Below are positions 36,057 to 50,087 of a stretch of DNA of 64,000 nucleotides, in pieces; position 1 is the stretch's first letter; the number at the start of each line of letters is the position of its first letter. This stretch comes from an uncultured beta proteobacterium. Its GTDB lineage: Bacteria; Pseudomonadota; Gammaproteobacteria; Burkholderiales; SG8-39. Under the pieces are notes generated by a model. That model was not told the origin of the DNA, searched no databases, and saw nothing but the letters and a program-made list of their open reading frames with translations. The position numbers were made by a program, and so were the translations under genes. Where the stretch lies: assembly GCA_963735025.1 (NCBI GenBank), contig CAVTJG010000020.1, positions 64,502-128,501 on the forward strand, written 5' to 3'.

Positions 36057-38905
36057 TGAAGGACCGCACAGTGAACAGCCGATCGGTGCCGCCGGACCTT
36101 CACAACGGTCGCCGCGATTTCATGAAGCTCATGGCCGCGTCGATCGCGCTGGGCGGCGTCGGCGGCTGCAGCCCGCCGCCGGAGAAGATCGTCCCGTACG
36201 CGCGCAGCCCGGAGGGTCTGGTCCCGGGCGAGCCGGTCTTCTATGCGACGGCCATGGTCCTGGACGGCTTCGCGAAAGGTGTCCTCGTGGAGTGCAACAT
36301 GGGGCGTCCCACCAAGGTGGAGGGTAATCGCCTGCATCCTGCGAGCCTGGGTGCGACCGACGTCTTTGCGCAGGCGTCGGTGCTCGGATTGTGGGACCCG
36401 GATCGCTCGCAGGCGGTGATGCGCGAGCGCGAGATCTCCAGCTGGCCGAATTTCCTGACGGCCATGGCGCCCGAGGTCTTGCGCCTGCGGCAAACCGGCG
36501 GCGCGGGCCTGCGCCTCCTCACGGGAACCATCACGTCGCCCACGCTCGGTGCACAGATCCAGTCGCTGCTTGCCGCCTATCCGGAAGCCCGCTGGCATGT
36601 GCATCAGCCGCTCGACGCCGAAAACCACGACGCTGCGAGCACTGCCGCGTTCGGCACGCCGTTGGACTGCCAGGTTCACCTCGAAAAGGCGGACGTGATC
36701 GTGTCACTCGACGCCGATTTCCTCGGCGCCGGCGCCGCCAGCCTGCGCAGCGCGCGGCACTTCGCGGCCCGCCGCGGCGCTTCCGGAGCGCAGGCGATGA
36801 CGCGACTCTATGCCGTCGAGTCCTCGATCGGCGTCACCGGCGCCATGGCCGACCATCGGTTGCCGGTTCGACCGACCGGCGTGGAGACCTTCGCCCGGCT
36901 CGTAGCCGCCCGCCTCGGACTGGCGGTGTCCGCGCCGTCCGCGCCCGACCAGCGGATGGACGCGTTTGCGGCCGCAGTGGTCGTCGACCTCTCGCGGCAT
37001 CGCGGACGCAGCGTGGTGATCGCGGGCGAGCGCCAACCACCCGCCGTTCACGTGCTCGCCCACGCGCTCAACGCCGAGCTGGGCGGCGCGGGCGCGACGG
37101 TCACGTACACGGATCCGGTTGCCGTGCGCCCGCCGGTCGCGCAGGGCGGATCGCTCGGCGACCTCGTCGCGGCGCTCGCCGCGGGCGAAGTCGACATGCT
37201 CGTCATCGCCGGGAGCAATCCGGTCGCAACCGCACCGGTGGATCTCGACTTCGGCACGCAGCTCGCCAGGGCCCGACTCGCGATTCACATGGGCCTCTAC
37301 CGCGACGAGACGGGAAACCGGACGCGCTGGCACGTGCCCGAGGCGCATTACATGGAGACGTGGAGCGACGCGCGCGCGTTCGACGGGACCGCGACCATCG
37401 TGCAACCGCTCATCGCGCCCCTGTACGCCGGCGTCTCGATCCATGCGCTGATCGCCGCGCTGATCGGCGACTCGGGACGCACCGCCCACGCTCTTGTGCG
37501 CGAACACTGGCAGCAGAAGCGCGGCAGCGACTTCGAGGCGTTCTGGCAGCAGGCGTTGCACGACGGCATCGTTCCTGACACCGCTTTCCCGCGCAAGTCC
37601 CCCGCATTCCGGCACGCGGCGCTCGCCGCGCTGACGGCGCCCGTCGCGACCGACCGCGACTCGCTGGAAATCGTGTTCGCGCCCGACCCGTGCGTGTGGG
37701 ACGGCCAATTCGCCAACAACGCATGGCTGCAGGAGCTGCCCAAGCCCATCACGACCCTGACCTGGGACAACGCGGCATTGCTCGGACCGGCGACCGCCGA
37801 ACGTCTGGGACTCGAAACCGACGATCTCGTCGAGCTGCAACATCGCGAGCGAAGCGTTCTCGCCCCGGTGCGGGTGGTGCCCGGCCATCCGGACGGCACC
37901 GTGACGGCGCCGCTCGGGTACGGCCGCGCACGGGCCGGCTCGGTCGGCAGCGGCCGCGGCTTCGATGCCTATGCGCTGCGCCTGTCTTCCGCGCCCTGGA
38001 TCGGGTCGCAGGTGACCTTGCGCAAGACCGGCCGCCGCCGGCGCCTGGCCGCGACGCAAACGCATCACCGGATGAGCGGTCGCGATCCGGTGCGCACGGC
38101 GACAGCCGGCGAGTTCGCGGGCAATCCGGACTTTGCTCGAGGCCGAGCAAACGCGTCGCTGTATCCGCGCTACCCGCGCGGCGAGTACGCCTGGGCGATG
38201 TCGATCGACCTCGGCGCGTGCATCGGCTGCAACGCCTGCACGATCGCATGCCAGGCGGAGAACAACATCCCCGTGGTCGGCAAGGAGGAAGTCGACCGCG
38301 GACGGGAGATGCACTGGATCAGGGTCGACACCTATCTCGCCGGTCCGGCAGCGCACCCGACGACCCACTTCCAGCCGGTGCCCTGCATGCACTGCGAGGA
38401 TGCGCCATGCGAGCTCGTCTGCCCGGTCGGCGCGACGATGCATGACGCCGGCGGCCTGAACGTCCAGGTCTACAACCGCTGCATCGGTACCCGCTTCTGC
38501 TCGAACAACTGCCCCTACAAGGTGCGCCGGTTCAACTTCCTGCAGTTCGCAGACGAGGCCAGCCGCGCGCTGCGCGCCCAGCGCAATCCGGAAGTGACGG
38601 TGCGTCGCCGCGGCGTGATGGAGAAGTGCACCTACTGCGTGCAGCGCATCACCCGGGCGCGCATCGACGCCGACCGGCGCGGGGGGAAGATCCGCGACGG
38701 GGATGTCGTCACCGCGTGCGAGGCCGCCTGCCCGACCGGTGCGATCGTGTTCGGAAATCTCGCCGAGCCGGCAAGCCGGGTCGCGCGAGCCAAGCATTCC
38801 CCGCTCGACTACACGCTGCTCGAGGAGGAGAACACCCGGCCGCGAACGACGTATCTCGCGAAGTTGACCAACCCGAATCCGGACTTCGAGCGCGAGGGTT
38901 CGTGA
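36056..38905 (+). CDS. actB: alternative complex III molybdopterin-like/4Fe-4S subunit
   Basis: ORF 36056..38905. Tat signal GRRDFMKLMAAS; an MopB-like N-terminal region; ferredoxin-type Cys clusters in the C-terminus (CIGCNACTIAC, CMHCEDAPC, CIGTRFCSNNC, CTYC). Confidence 0.92.
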   Translation: MKDRTVNSRSVPPDLHNGRRDFMKLMAASIALGGVGGCSPPPEKIVPYARSPEGLVPGEPVFYATAMVLDGFAKGVLVECNMGRPTKVEGNRLHPASLGATDVFAQASVLGLWDPDRSQAVMREREISSWPNFLTAMAPEVLRLRQTGGAGLRLLTGTITSPTLGAQIQSLLAAYPEARWHVHQPLDAENHDAASTAAFGTPLDCQVHLEKADVIVSLDADFLGAGAASLRSARHFAARRGASGAQAMTRLYAVESSIGVTGAMADHRLPVRPTGVETFARLVAARLGLAVSAPSAPDQRMDAFAAAVVVDLSRHRGRSVVIAGERQPPAVHVLAHALNAELGGAGATVTYTDPVAVRPPVAQGGSLGDLVAALAAGEVDMLVIAGSNPVATAPVDLDFGTQLARARLAIHMGLYRDETGNRTRWHVPEAHYMETWSDARAFDGTATIVQPLIAPLYAGVSIHALIAALIGDSGRTAHALVREHWQQKRGSDFEAFWQQALHDGIVPDTAFPRKSPAFRHAALAALTAPVATDRDSLEIVFAPDPCVWDGQFANNAWLQELPKPITTLTWDNAALLGPATAERLGLETDDLVELQHRERSVLAPVRVVPGHPDGTVTAPLGYGRARAGSVGSGRGFDAYALRLSSAPWIGSQVTLRKTGRRRRLAATQTHHRMSGRDPVRTATAGEFAGNPDFARGRANASLYPRYPRGEYAWAMSIDLGACIGCNACTIACQAENNIPVVGKEEVDRGREMHWIRVDTYLAGPAAHPTTHFQPVPCMHCEDAPCELVCPVGATMHDAGGLNVQVYNRCIGTRFCSNNCPYKVRRFNFLQFADEASRALRAQRNPEVTVRRRGVMEKCTYCVQRITRARIDADRRGGKIRDGDVVTACEAACPTGAIVFGNLAEPASRVARAKHSPLDYTLLEEENTRPRTTYLAKLTNPNPDFEREGS

Positions 38906-40251
38906 CCGATTCGCCGCCAGTCATGGAGGGCTCGCCGAGCTACGCATCGATGACCGACCGCGTGAGCGGTATCGTGCTCGAGCGCCGGTTCGGGTGGCCC
39001 TGGTGGGCCGCGGCCGGATGCGCGCTGGCCCTCACGCTGGCGTTCTTCGTTGCCGCGGGCGTGCTGTTCGATGTCGGCGTCGGGATCTGGGGCATCAACA
39101 TCCCGGTAGCCTGGGGGTTCGCCATCACCAATTACGTCTGGTGGATCGGCATCGGCATGGCCGGCACCTTCATCTCCGCCGCGCTGCTGCTGCTCCGCCA
39201 GGAATGGCGCACCGCCATCAGCCGCTTCGCCGAAACGATGACGGTGCTTGCGGTCGCGATCGCGGGCCTGTTCCCGATCATGCACCTCGGGCGCCCGTAT
39301 TTCTTCTACTGGATGCTGCCCTATCCGAACGTCATGAACACCTGGCCGCAGTGGCGGAGCGCCCTGGTCTGGGACTTCTACGCCATTCTCGCGTACCTGA
39401 TCTTCTCGATGCTGTTCTGGTACGTCGGCATGCTGCCGGATCTCGCGACGCTGCGGGATCGCGCACGCACGCGGGCGAGCCAGGTCTTCTACGGCCTGCT
39501 CGCGCTCGGCTGGCGCGGCGAGGCGCGTCAATGGGAGCATCACGAGCGGCTCTCGCTGGTGCTCGCCGGCCTTGCGGTGCCGCTCGTCTTCTCGGTGCAC
39601 AGCATGGTCGCCTTCGATTTCTCGGAAGGCAACACACCGGGGTGGCATTCGACGATCTTCCCGCCGTTCTTCGTCGCCGGCGCCCTCTTCTCCGGCTTCG
39701 CGATGGTGCTGTGCCTCGCGATCCCGATCCGCGCCGTCTTCGGGTTGCACGACTTCGTCACGGAAAGACACCTGGATCGTCTCGCGAAGGCGTTGCTCGC
39801 CGTCGGGCTGATCGTCGACTACAGCTACCTGGTCGAGATCTTCACCGCCTACTACAGCGCGAACCGTTACGAGATCTACGTCATGACGAACCGGTTCGCG
39901 GGACCCTACGCCCCCGTGTACTGGGCGAGCATCGTGTGCAACGTTGTCGTCATCCAGCTGCTGTGGTTGCGCAGGGTGCGCCTCTCCCCCGTGGCGCTCT
40001 TTTTCGTGAGCGCGGCCGTCGTGGCCGGCATGTGGCTGGAACGCTTCGTGATCGTCGTCATCAGCCTGCACCGCGACTTCCTGCCTTCGTCCTGGGGCAT
40101 GTTCTATCCGACCGCCTGGGACTGGACGCACCTGCTCGGATCGATGGGCATTTTCGCCCTGCTCTTGCTGGTCTTCCTGCGCACGCTGCCGATGATCTCG
40201 ATGTTCGAGATGCGCAGGCTGCTGGCTTCCTCGCGGGAAGGTGTGCAATGA
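38902..40251 (+). CDS. actC: alternative complex III NrfD/PsrC-like membrane subunit
   Basis: Tail of ORF 38626..40251. A GTG at 38902 overlaps the actB stop. It is a polytopic membrane protein (WGFAITNYVWWIGIGMAGTFISA). Confidence 0.9.
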   Translation: MTDSPPVMEGSPSYASMTDRVSGIVLERRFGWPWWAAAGCALALTLAFFVAAGVLFDVGVGIWGINIPVAWGFAITNYVWWIGIGMAGTFISAALLLLRQEWRTAISRFAETMTVLAVAIAGLFPIMHLGRPYFFYWMLPYPNVMNTWPQWRSALVWDFYAILAYLIFSMLFWYVGMLPDLATLRDRARTRASQVFYGLLALGWRGEARQWEHHERLSLVLAGLAVPLVFSVHSMVAFDFSEGNTPGWHSTIFPPFFVAGALFSGFAMVLCLAIPIRAVFGLHDFVTERHLDRLAKALLAVGLIVDYSYLVEIFTAYYSANRYEIYVMTNRFAGPYAPVYWASIVCNVVVIQLLWLRRVRLSPVALFFVSAAVVAGMWLERFVIVVISLHRDFLPSSWGMFYPTAWDWTHLLGSMGIFALLLLVFLRTLPMISMFEMRRLLASSREGVQ

Positions 40252-40787
40252 GCGACGCCACACGCGGATACGGGCTGCTCGCGGAATTCCGCTCCGGGCG
40301 CGAGCTCGTCTCCGCAGTGCGGCGCGCGCGCGCCGCGGGATATCAACGACTCGATGCGTACTCCCCGATGCCGGTGGAGGGCCTGCGTGAGGCGCTCGGC
40401 CATCGGCCCAGTCGCCTGCCCTGGCTCGTGCTGGCGGGCGCGCTGATCGGCGGAGGAGGCTTCTACTTCATCGAATGGTATTCCGCGGTGATCGACTACC
40501 CGCTCAACATCGGCGGCCGCCCGGTCCACAGCTGGCCCGCGTTCATCTTCTCGGCGGTCGAGGTGACGATCCTCCTCGGGGCCCTGTTCGGCGTGGTCGG
40601 AATGCTGGTCGCGAGCGGTCTGCCACGGTTGCATCACCCCCTGTTCGCAGTGCCGGCCTTCGACGCGACGACGCGCGACGGGTTCTTCCTCTATCTCGAC
40701 GGCAGCGACCCGGCGGCCGAACGCGCCGCACTGGGGCGCTTCGTCGAGAGCTTGCAGGCGCACAGCGTGAGCGAGGTCCGCGAGTGA
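40248..40787 (+). CDS. actD: alternative complex III subunit (DUF3341-like)
   Basis: Tail of ORF 38994..40787: MSDATRGYGLLAEFRSGRELVSAVRRARAAGYQRLDAYSPMPVEGL. The start overlaps the actC stop (ATGA). Confidence 0.85.
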   Translation: MSDATRGYGLLAEFRSGRELVSAVRRARAAGYQRLDAYSPMPVEGLREALGHRPSRLPWLVLAGALIGGGGFYFIEWYSAVIDYPLNIGGRPVHSWPAFIFSAVEVTILLGALFGVVGMLVASGLPRLHHPLFAVPAFDATTRDGFFLYLDGSDPAAERAALGRFVESLQAHSVSEVRE

Positions 40788-41494
40788 GAATTTCGCTCCC
40801 CATCCCGCGCGTCGTGGCCCGGGCGGCACTGATGTTCGCGCTGAGCTTCACGATGGCCGGCGCGATCGCGGCGCTCGCGGGTTGCGAGAAAGCGATGCGC
40901 GACATGTACGACCAGCCGAAGTACAAGCCGTTCGCGCCAAGTCGCCTGTTTGCGGATGGCCGGTCGGCACGGCCGCCCGTTCCGGACACCGTGCCACGGG
41001 CTGCCGGACCGCTCGCGGGCACATCGAGCGGCCGGGTGGGCGCCGCGCCGGCCCCGGCAGCGAAGCCGGTGATCTTTCCGCCGCTCACGCCGCGCGGCGC
41101 CCAGGCGAACACCCCGGCGACGTGGCGTCCGCGCCTCGACGGAATCCCGCGGCCGGTCACCACGCAGCTCATGCGTCGCGGTCAGGAACGCTTCGACATC
41201 TTCTGCGCGCCCTGCCACAGCCCGCTGGGCGACGGGGACGGCATGATTCCGCGGCGCGGATTTCCGCATCCGCCTTCGTTCCACAGCCCGCGACTGCGCA
41301 ATGCGCCCGACCAGCATTTCTACGATGCGATCACGGCGGGCTACGGCGCGATGAGTTCCTACGCCGCCAGGATTCCGCCGGACGACCGCTGGGCGATCGT
41401 CGCGTACGTGCGCGCACTGCAGCTCAGTCAGCATGTCGCGTCGAGCGCGCTCGACCCCGGCGACCGCCGCAAGCTCGACGAGGCGAAACGATGA
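40784..41494 (+). CDS. actE: alternative complex III monoheme cytochrome c lipoprotein
   Basis: Tail of ORF 40475..41494. GTG at 40784, lipobox LAGC, single CAPCH heme motif. Confidence 0.85.
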   Translation: MRISLPIPRVVARAALMFALSFTMAGAIAALAGCEKAMRDMYDQPKYKPFAPSRLFADGRSARPPVPDTVPRAAGPLAGTSSGRVGAAPAPAAKPVIFPPLTPRGAQANTPATWRPRLDGIPRPVTTQLMRRGQERFDIFCAPCHSPLGDGDGMIPRRGFPHPPSFHSPRLRNAPDQHFYDAITAGYGAMSSYAARIPPDDRWAIVAYVRALQLSQHVASSALDPGDRRKLDEAKR

Positions 41495-42660
41495 CCGCAA
41501 GCGCCGCGCCCCATCCGCGCCTCGTGCAACGTGCCGCCCTGGCGGCCGGCATCGCCGGTCTCGCGGCAACCGGCATCGGAATGCTCGCGCAGCCGGCGCG
41601 CGCCTATTCCTCCTATCTGTTCGCATACGTCTACTGGCTCGGCCTCTCGCTCGGCAGCATGGCGCTCCTGATGATTCACGGCGTCACCGGCGGCGCCTGG
41701 GGCCACACTATTCGGGCGCCGCTCGCCGCCGCCGCGCGCGCCATGCCGCTCATGGCGCTTCTTTTCCTGCCGCTGCTCGGCGGACTCGGGGCGCTCTACC
41801 CGTGGACCACGCCGGACGCCGGGCAGCACGCCGCGCTGCTGGACGCGAAGTCCTGGTATCTCAATGTTCCGTTCTTCCTGGCGCGTGCCGCGCTGTTCCT
41901 GCTGCTCTGGGTCGCGCTCGCGCATCTGCTCACGGCATGGTCCGTCGAGGAGCAAGCACGCCCGGCGAACAGCGCCGCGCTGGCGATCCGCCTGCGTCGG
42001 TTGAGCATTGCCGGGCTGATCCTCTACGCCCTGAGCATCACGCTCGCGGCGGTGGACTGGGTCGGTTCGCTCGTGCCCGAGTCCTACTCGACGATCCTCG
42101 GGATGCTCGTCGCGGTCGGCCAGCTCCTCGGCGCGGCCACGTTCGCCATCGTCTGTCTGGCATGCCGTGCGCGATCGGAACGAAGCGTCGCACCGGATCG
42201 CGTTCAGGACCTCGGCAATCTGCAGCTCGCGCTCGTGCTCGCCTGGGGCTACCTCGCGCTCAGCCAGTTCGTGACCGTCTGGGTCGCGGATCTGCCGAAC
42301 GAGATCGCGTGGTACGTGCCGCGCGCGCAGACCAGCTGGCGCGCGCTCGCGCCCGCGCTGGCCGTGTTCCACTTCGGCCTGCCATTCGCCATCCTGCTGT
42401 CGCGCGCCGCCAAGCGCAGCCGTGGCACCGTCGCAGCGGTGGCGTGGCTGCTGCTCGGCGCCCACCTCGTCTACGCGTTCTGGCTGGTCGCGCCCTCGAT
42501 CAGGACTGCAGGCCTGACCGTCTACTGGAGCGATTTCACCGCCGTCGCCGGGATCGGCGGCGTGTGGCTCGCGATCGTGCTGCCCGCACTAGCAGCGGGC
42601 CGGACGAGGCCTTTGACCGGAACCGGGATCCCACCGGCCGCCCATCATGAGCCCGCCTGA
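41491..42660 (+). CDS. actF: alternative complex III membrane subunit
   Basis: Tail of ORF 40882..42660 (MTASAAPHPRLVQRAALAAG...). It is polytopic and its start overlaps the actE stop. Confidence 0.85.
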   Translation: MTASAAPHPRLVQRAALAAGIAGLAATGIGMLAQPARAYSSYLFAYVYWLGLSLGSMALLMIHGVTGGAWGHTIRAPLAAAARAMPLMALLFLPLLGGLGALYPWTTPDAGQHAALLDAKSWYLNVPFFLARAALFLLLWVALAHLLTAWSVEEQARPANSAALAIRLRRLSIAGLILYALSITLAAVDWVGSLVPESYSTILGMLVAVGQLLGAATFAIVCLACRARSERSVAPDRVQDLGNLQLALVLAWGYLALSQFVTVWVADLPNEIAWYVPRAQTSWRALAPALAVFHFGLPFAILLSRAAKRSRGTVAAVAWLLLGAHLVYAFWLVAPSIRTAGLTVYWSDFTAVAGIGGVWLAIVLPALAAGRTRPLTGTGIPPAAHHEPA

Positions 42661-43048
42661 TCACGCGAACGTGCCGGGCACGCGCGCAACGTCCCGCCGC
42701 GAGAACGTCGACGAGCCGGTCGGAACGATCCTCCTCGTCGCCGGCGCATTGCTTCTGATCGTGATCGCTGTCATCTTCATCTCGCGCGGGCTGCTGTTTC
42801 ATGCTTTCGGGCCGCCCGAGCCCGCCGAGCCGCTCCCCGTGCGACCTGCCGCGCGACTGGAACCCCGCCCGGAGCTGCGCCTCGAGCAGTTCCGGCGGCA
42901 GAAGCTCCAGGGACGCGACAGCTATGGATGGGTCGATCGCGACGCGGGGGTCGCGCGCATTCCGGTGGATCGCGCGATGTCCCTGCTCGTCGACCGACAT
43001 GCGTCCGCCACGCCGGCGGGCAACGGCAAGAAGGCGCCCGGACCATGA
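42647..43048 (+). CDS. single-TM membrane protein (possible extra ACIII/oxidase accessory)
   Basis: ORF 42647..43048 with the TM ILLVAGALLLIVIAVIFI. It is translationally coupled on both sides. Confidence 0.5.
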   Translation: MSPPDHANVPGTRATSRRENVDEPVGTILLVAGALLLIVIAVIFISRGLLFHAFGPPEPAEPLPVRPAARLEPRPELRLEQFRRQKLQGRDSYGWVDRDAGVARIPVDRAMSLLVDRHASATPAGNGKKAPGP

Positions 43049-43838
43049 GCCGCTTCATGCTCGCACTGCTGCTCGCGCTCGCAGCCACCTCTCCCGCGCT
43101 GGCGCACGATCCGTCGACGTTCCTGGACGAGGTGGGCTTCGACCAGCACCCCGGCGCGGTACTGCCGCTCGACAGCGCGCTGCGCGACGAAAGCGGCGCG
43201 ACGGTGCGGCTCGGCGACTACTTCGGGAGCGTGCCGGTGATCCTGGTGCTCGCCTACTTCGACTGCGACAACCTGTGCGGCGTGGTGCTCCAGAGCACCG
43301 TGGACACGCTCCGGCGGGTCGCCCTCGCGCCCGGAAAAGCCTTCCGGGTCGTGGTGATCGACATCGATCCGACCGAGCCACCGGCGCTCGCCCGATCCGC
43401 ACGCGCGCAGTATCTCGCCCGCTACGGCCGGCCGGACGACGCGGGCGCGTGGCATTTCCTCACGACGAGCGCCGACGTTTCGCGGTCCGTCGCCCGCACG
43501 ATCGGCTTCCGCTACGTCTACGATCCGCAGGAGAAGCGCTACGCGCATCCCGCCGGCATCACGATCCTGACGCCGCAGGGCAGCGTGTCGCGGTATCTCC
43601 TCGGCGTGCAGTTCGCACCGCGCGATCTACGGCTCGCGCTCGTCGAAGCTTCGCGCGGCCGGGTCGGCTCGACCGCCGACCGGCTGCTTCTCCTCTGCTA
43701 CCACTACGATCCGTCGAAGGGAAAGTACGGTGTCCTGATCACGGACATCCTCCGCGCGGCGGGGATCGTGTCCGTCATCGCCCTGGGCGTGCTTCTCTTC
43801 GCCCTGGGCCGGACGAGCGCGCGGCGGAGCGGACAGCC

Positions 43839-43842
<4 letters not shown>
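43045..43842 (+). CDS. SCO1/SenC copper chaperone
   Basis: Internal Met (MSRFMLALLLALAA) of ORF 42928..43842. Thioredoxin-fold CDNLC motif, a conserved His (YAHPAG) and a C-terminal TM. Confidence 0.88.
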
Positions 43843-47401
<3,559 letters not shown>

Positions 47402-47408
47402 TGAACTC

Positions 47409-48370
47409 GTGGCCCAACACGATTCGAGCCGCGCAATCTGGTACGCACTCGGCGCGAATGTTGCCGTGGATGCCGCCAAGGCATCGGGCGGTCTGTACAC
47501 CGGCTCGGGCGCGCTGCTGGCCGAGTCCCTGCATTCGCTTGCCGACAGCGGTAACCAGGGCCTGCTGCTCTGGGGCCGGCATCGCGCAAAGGCGCCGGCC
47601 TCGCCGCAGCATCCGCTCGGCCATGGGCGCGAAGTCTACTTCTGGTCGTTCGTGGTCGCGCTCCTGCTGTTCAGCATGGGCGGCGTGCTGTCGATCTACA
47701 AGGGTATCCGCAAGCTCACCGAGCACGAAGGGCTGCACAATCCGTGGGTGGCGGTCGGTATCATCCTGTTCGCGCTGGTGGCCGAAGGAATCTCGCTGCG
47801 CAGCGCGCTGGGCCAGGCGAACCGGCTACGCGTCGGACGACCTTTCTGGCGCTGGTTTCGCGAGACGCGGCGCAGCGATCTGCTCGTCGTGTTGAGCGAA
47901 GACAGCGCCGCGCTCGTCGGCCTTGGATGCGCGCTCGCCGCCATCGTTGCGACCATGCTGTCAGGTGATCCGCTCTACGATGCGCTGGGCAGCATCGCCA
48001 TCGGCGCGCTGCTCGTGGTCGTCGCCCTCGGACTGGCGGCGGAGATCAAGAGCCTGCTCGTCGGCGAAAGCGCCGCCCCACAGGTCGAGCGGCGCATTCG
48101 CGAAGTGTCGACGCACGTCCCGAAGTCCGCAAGGTTCGCTCGCTCGTCACTCTGCAGTACGGTCCCGACGTCCTAGTGCTCACGCGGCTCGCATTGCACC
48201 CGGCCTCCCCGGCTGCGCACGGCAATGCGGTCGAGGATTGCAAGCAGGCGCTGCGTATCGCGGTTCCGGAAGTCCACGTCGTATTCGTCGAGCTCGAGCT
48301 CGACGGTTACGACATTAGGTCGGGGGAATTCGCCGAACCCCGGTCCGCCGGATCGCATTCGCTGCGCTGA
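47409..48370 (+). pseudogene. cation diffusion facilitator (CDF) transporter, one frame change as sequenced
   Basis: ORF 47409..48176 (ESLHSLADSGNQ, HPLGHGRE). The C-terminal cytoplasmic domain continues in another frame (EVRKVRSLVTLQYGPDVLVLTRLALHP...VHVVFVELELD, ORF 48176..48370). The shift is near 48115. Confidence 0.8.
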
Positions 48371-48390
48371 TGCTTCCCATGGAGCCGCGA

Positions 48391-49062
48391 TCACATCGCT
48401 TCCTTAACACCTCGCTTGATCAGCCACCAGTTGACCGGAAAGGCGGTGACAAGCCCGAGCACCATTGCCACTTGCATCATGACCCAGAAGGTCCAGGAAG
48501 TCGGCTCCAGCCCCGGGAAGAGCAACTTCTGCGTGACGGCCATCCAGCCGAACATTCCCACTTCGTAGGCCACAAGTGAAAGGGTGTCCGCCTTGATGGC
48601 TGCGAGCAAACCCGACCACAAGCCCAGCCCGCGCATCGGCGCGATGGAGAAGTACTGAAAGAAGATCCCGAAGAGATAGGCGAGCGCAAACGCCGCAACG
48701 TACTTGCCGAGCAGTGCAGAGCCGAGCAGCGCGAATCCTGCAGCGTAGACGAGCCACTCTCCCAAGAAATCGCCGACCGCGCAACCGGCGCCGCAGTGCG
48801 TCGACCCGGTCAGCGCAACGGCCCAGAACGGCTTGTGCGATCCATCCATGCCCGATTCCTCGTGCAGGGATTTCCTGCGTCCGATCCGCCAGTAGAGCCA
48901 CAGTCCGAGCGGTCCACCGTAGAGCGCCGTGATCGGCCACACGAGGTTCATGATCCACATCTTCTGCGGCCGCCGGACGATGTCCACCATTACAGCGACC
49001 GCGCAGAGGATCGACACCAGGACGAATAACTGCGCCACGAGCTCGATTCTTTCGGCGACCAC
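48391..49062 (-). CDS. DUF4396-like membrane protein
   Basis: ORF 48391..49062. It is polytopic, and the GSTHCGAGCAVGD motif fits my memory of DUF4396. It lies 20 nt downstream of cydB on the same strand. Confidence 0.7.
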   Translation of the reverse strand: MVAERIELVAQLFVLVSILCAVAVMVDIVRRPQKMWIMNLVWPITALYGGPLGLWLYWRIGRRKSLHEESGMDGSHKPFWAVALTGSTHCGAGCAVGDFLGEWLVYAAGFALLGSALLGKYVAAFALAYLFGIFFQYFSIAPMRGLGLWSGLLAAIKADTLSLVAYEVGMFGWMAVTQKLLFPGLEPTSWTFWVMMQVAMVLGLVTAFPVNWWLIKRGVKEAM

Positions 49063-49082
49063 GCCAACCTCCCTGTCTCACC

Positions 49083-50087
49083 CTATGATTCGCTTTGCTC
49101 GCCATAAGAAAGCGCCTTCGCCTTCCCCCAGAAGACCCGGTAGGAAACCATCGTGTAGCCGATGATGACCGGCAGCACGATCATGGCGCCGACGAACACG
49201 AAGAAGAGCGACTCGTCCGAGGCGGCGGCCTCCAGATAGGTCATGCGGTCCACGACCAGATACGGGTAGAGGCTGTAAGCCAAGTCCGAGAAACGAGAAC
49301 ACGAAGACCCACACCGCAGCACGAAGGGCAGCCATTCGCGACGGCAAGGCCGCGCTGCAAGCGCGCGACCTGCGCCAGATGCCCGCGAACGCGGCAGCGG
49401 TAGCAGGGGCAGCGGGGAGAGCCACAGCAGTCGACGGCCAGCGAACCATTTCTCATGATCCGGGGGCTGGCGAAGGGCTGGCGAGACTGATGGACGCGAC
49501 GCCGAGCGCCGCGAGCACTACGGTGCCATGGCTCCAGCGGGGCGCGCGCCGGTACAGCTCGCCTTCGGTCTTGATGACCAGCCAGGTCGCGCCGAGCAAC
49601 GCGTAGGCCCCGGCCAGCCCGGCGCCGACGAGCAGCGCCGAAAGCACGTAGCGCGTGCCTTCCGCGAACCCGGTGATCATCGCCCGAGAGCATGCACGCC
49701 CTGCGCGAAGCCTGCACCGAGCGAACCGACGAAGAAAAGCGATTCCACAGCCTCCTGATGCCAGCCGGCCGCCTTCATGCGGAACTCGAAGGCCACCCCG
49801 CGCAGGATGAGCGCGATCAGCATCAGCGCGACCGGGAGGTAGAGCGAGGACAGGACACGCCGTGGGCGAGCGGGAAAAGCGACCAGTAGGATGCCGACGC
49901 CCATCACCAGCCAGGTCTCGTTCGCATCCCAGAAGGGGCCGATGGAGGCCACCATCATGTCGTGCTGTCGCGGCCGCGAGCGGCAGCAGCATTCCGACGC
50001 CGAGGTCGAAGCCGTCGAGGATGACATACGCGAGGATGGCCAGGCCCATCAGCACCATGAAGATGAACGGCAGATCGAGTTGATCAT
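49083..50087 (-). pseudogene. cydB: cytochrome bd oxidase subunit II, multiple frame changes as sequenced
   Basis: Fragments lie in different frames: (M)..DLPFIFMVLMGLAILAYVILDGFDLGVGMLLP / IGPFWDANETWLVMGVGILLVAFP / ...YPYLVVDRMTYLEAAASDESLFFVFVGAMIVLPVIIGYTMVSYRVFWGKA. Confidence 0.8.
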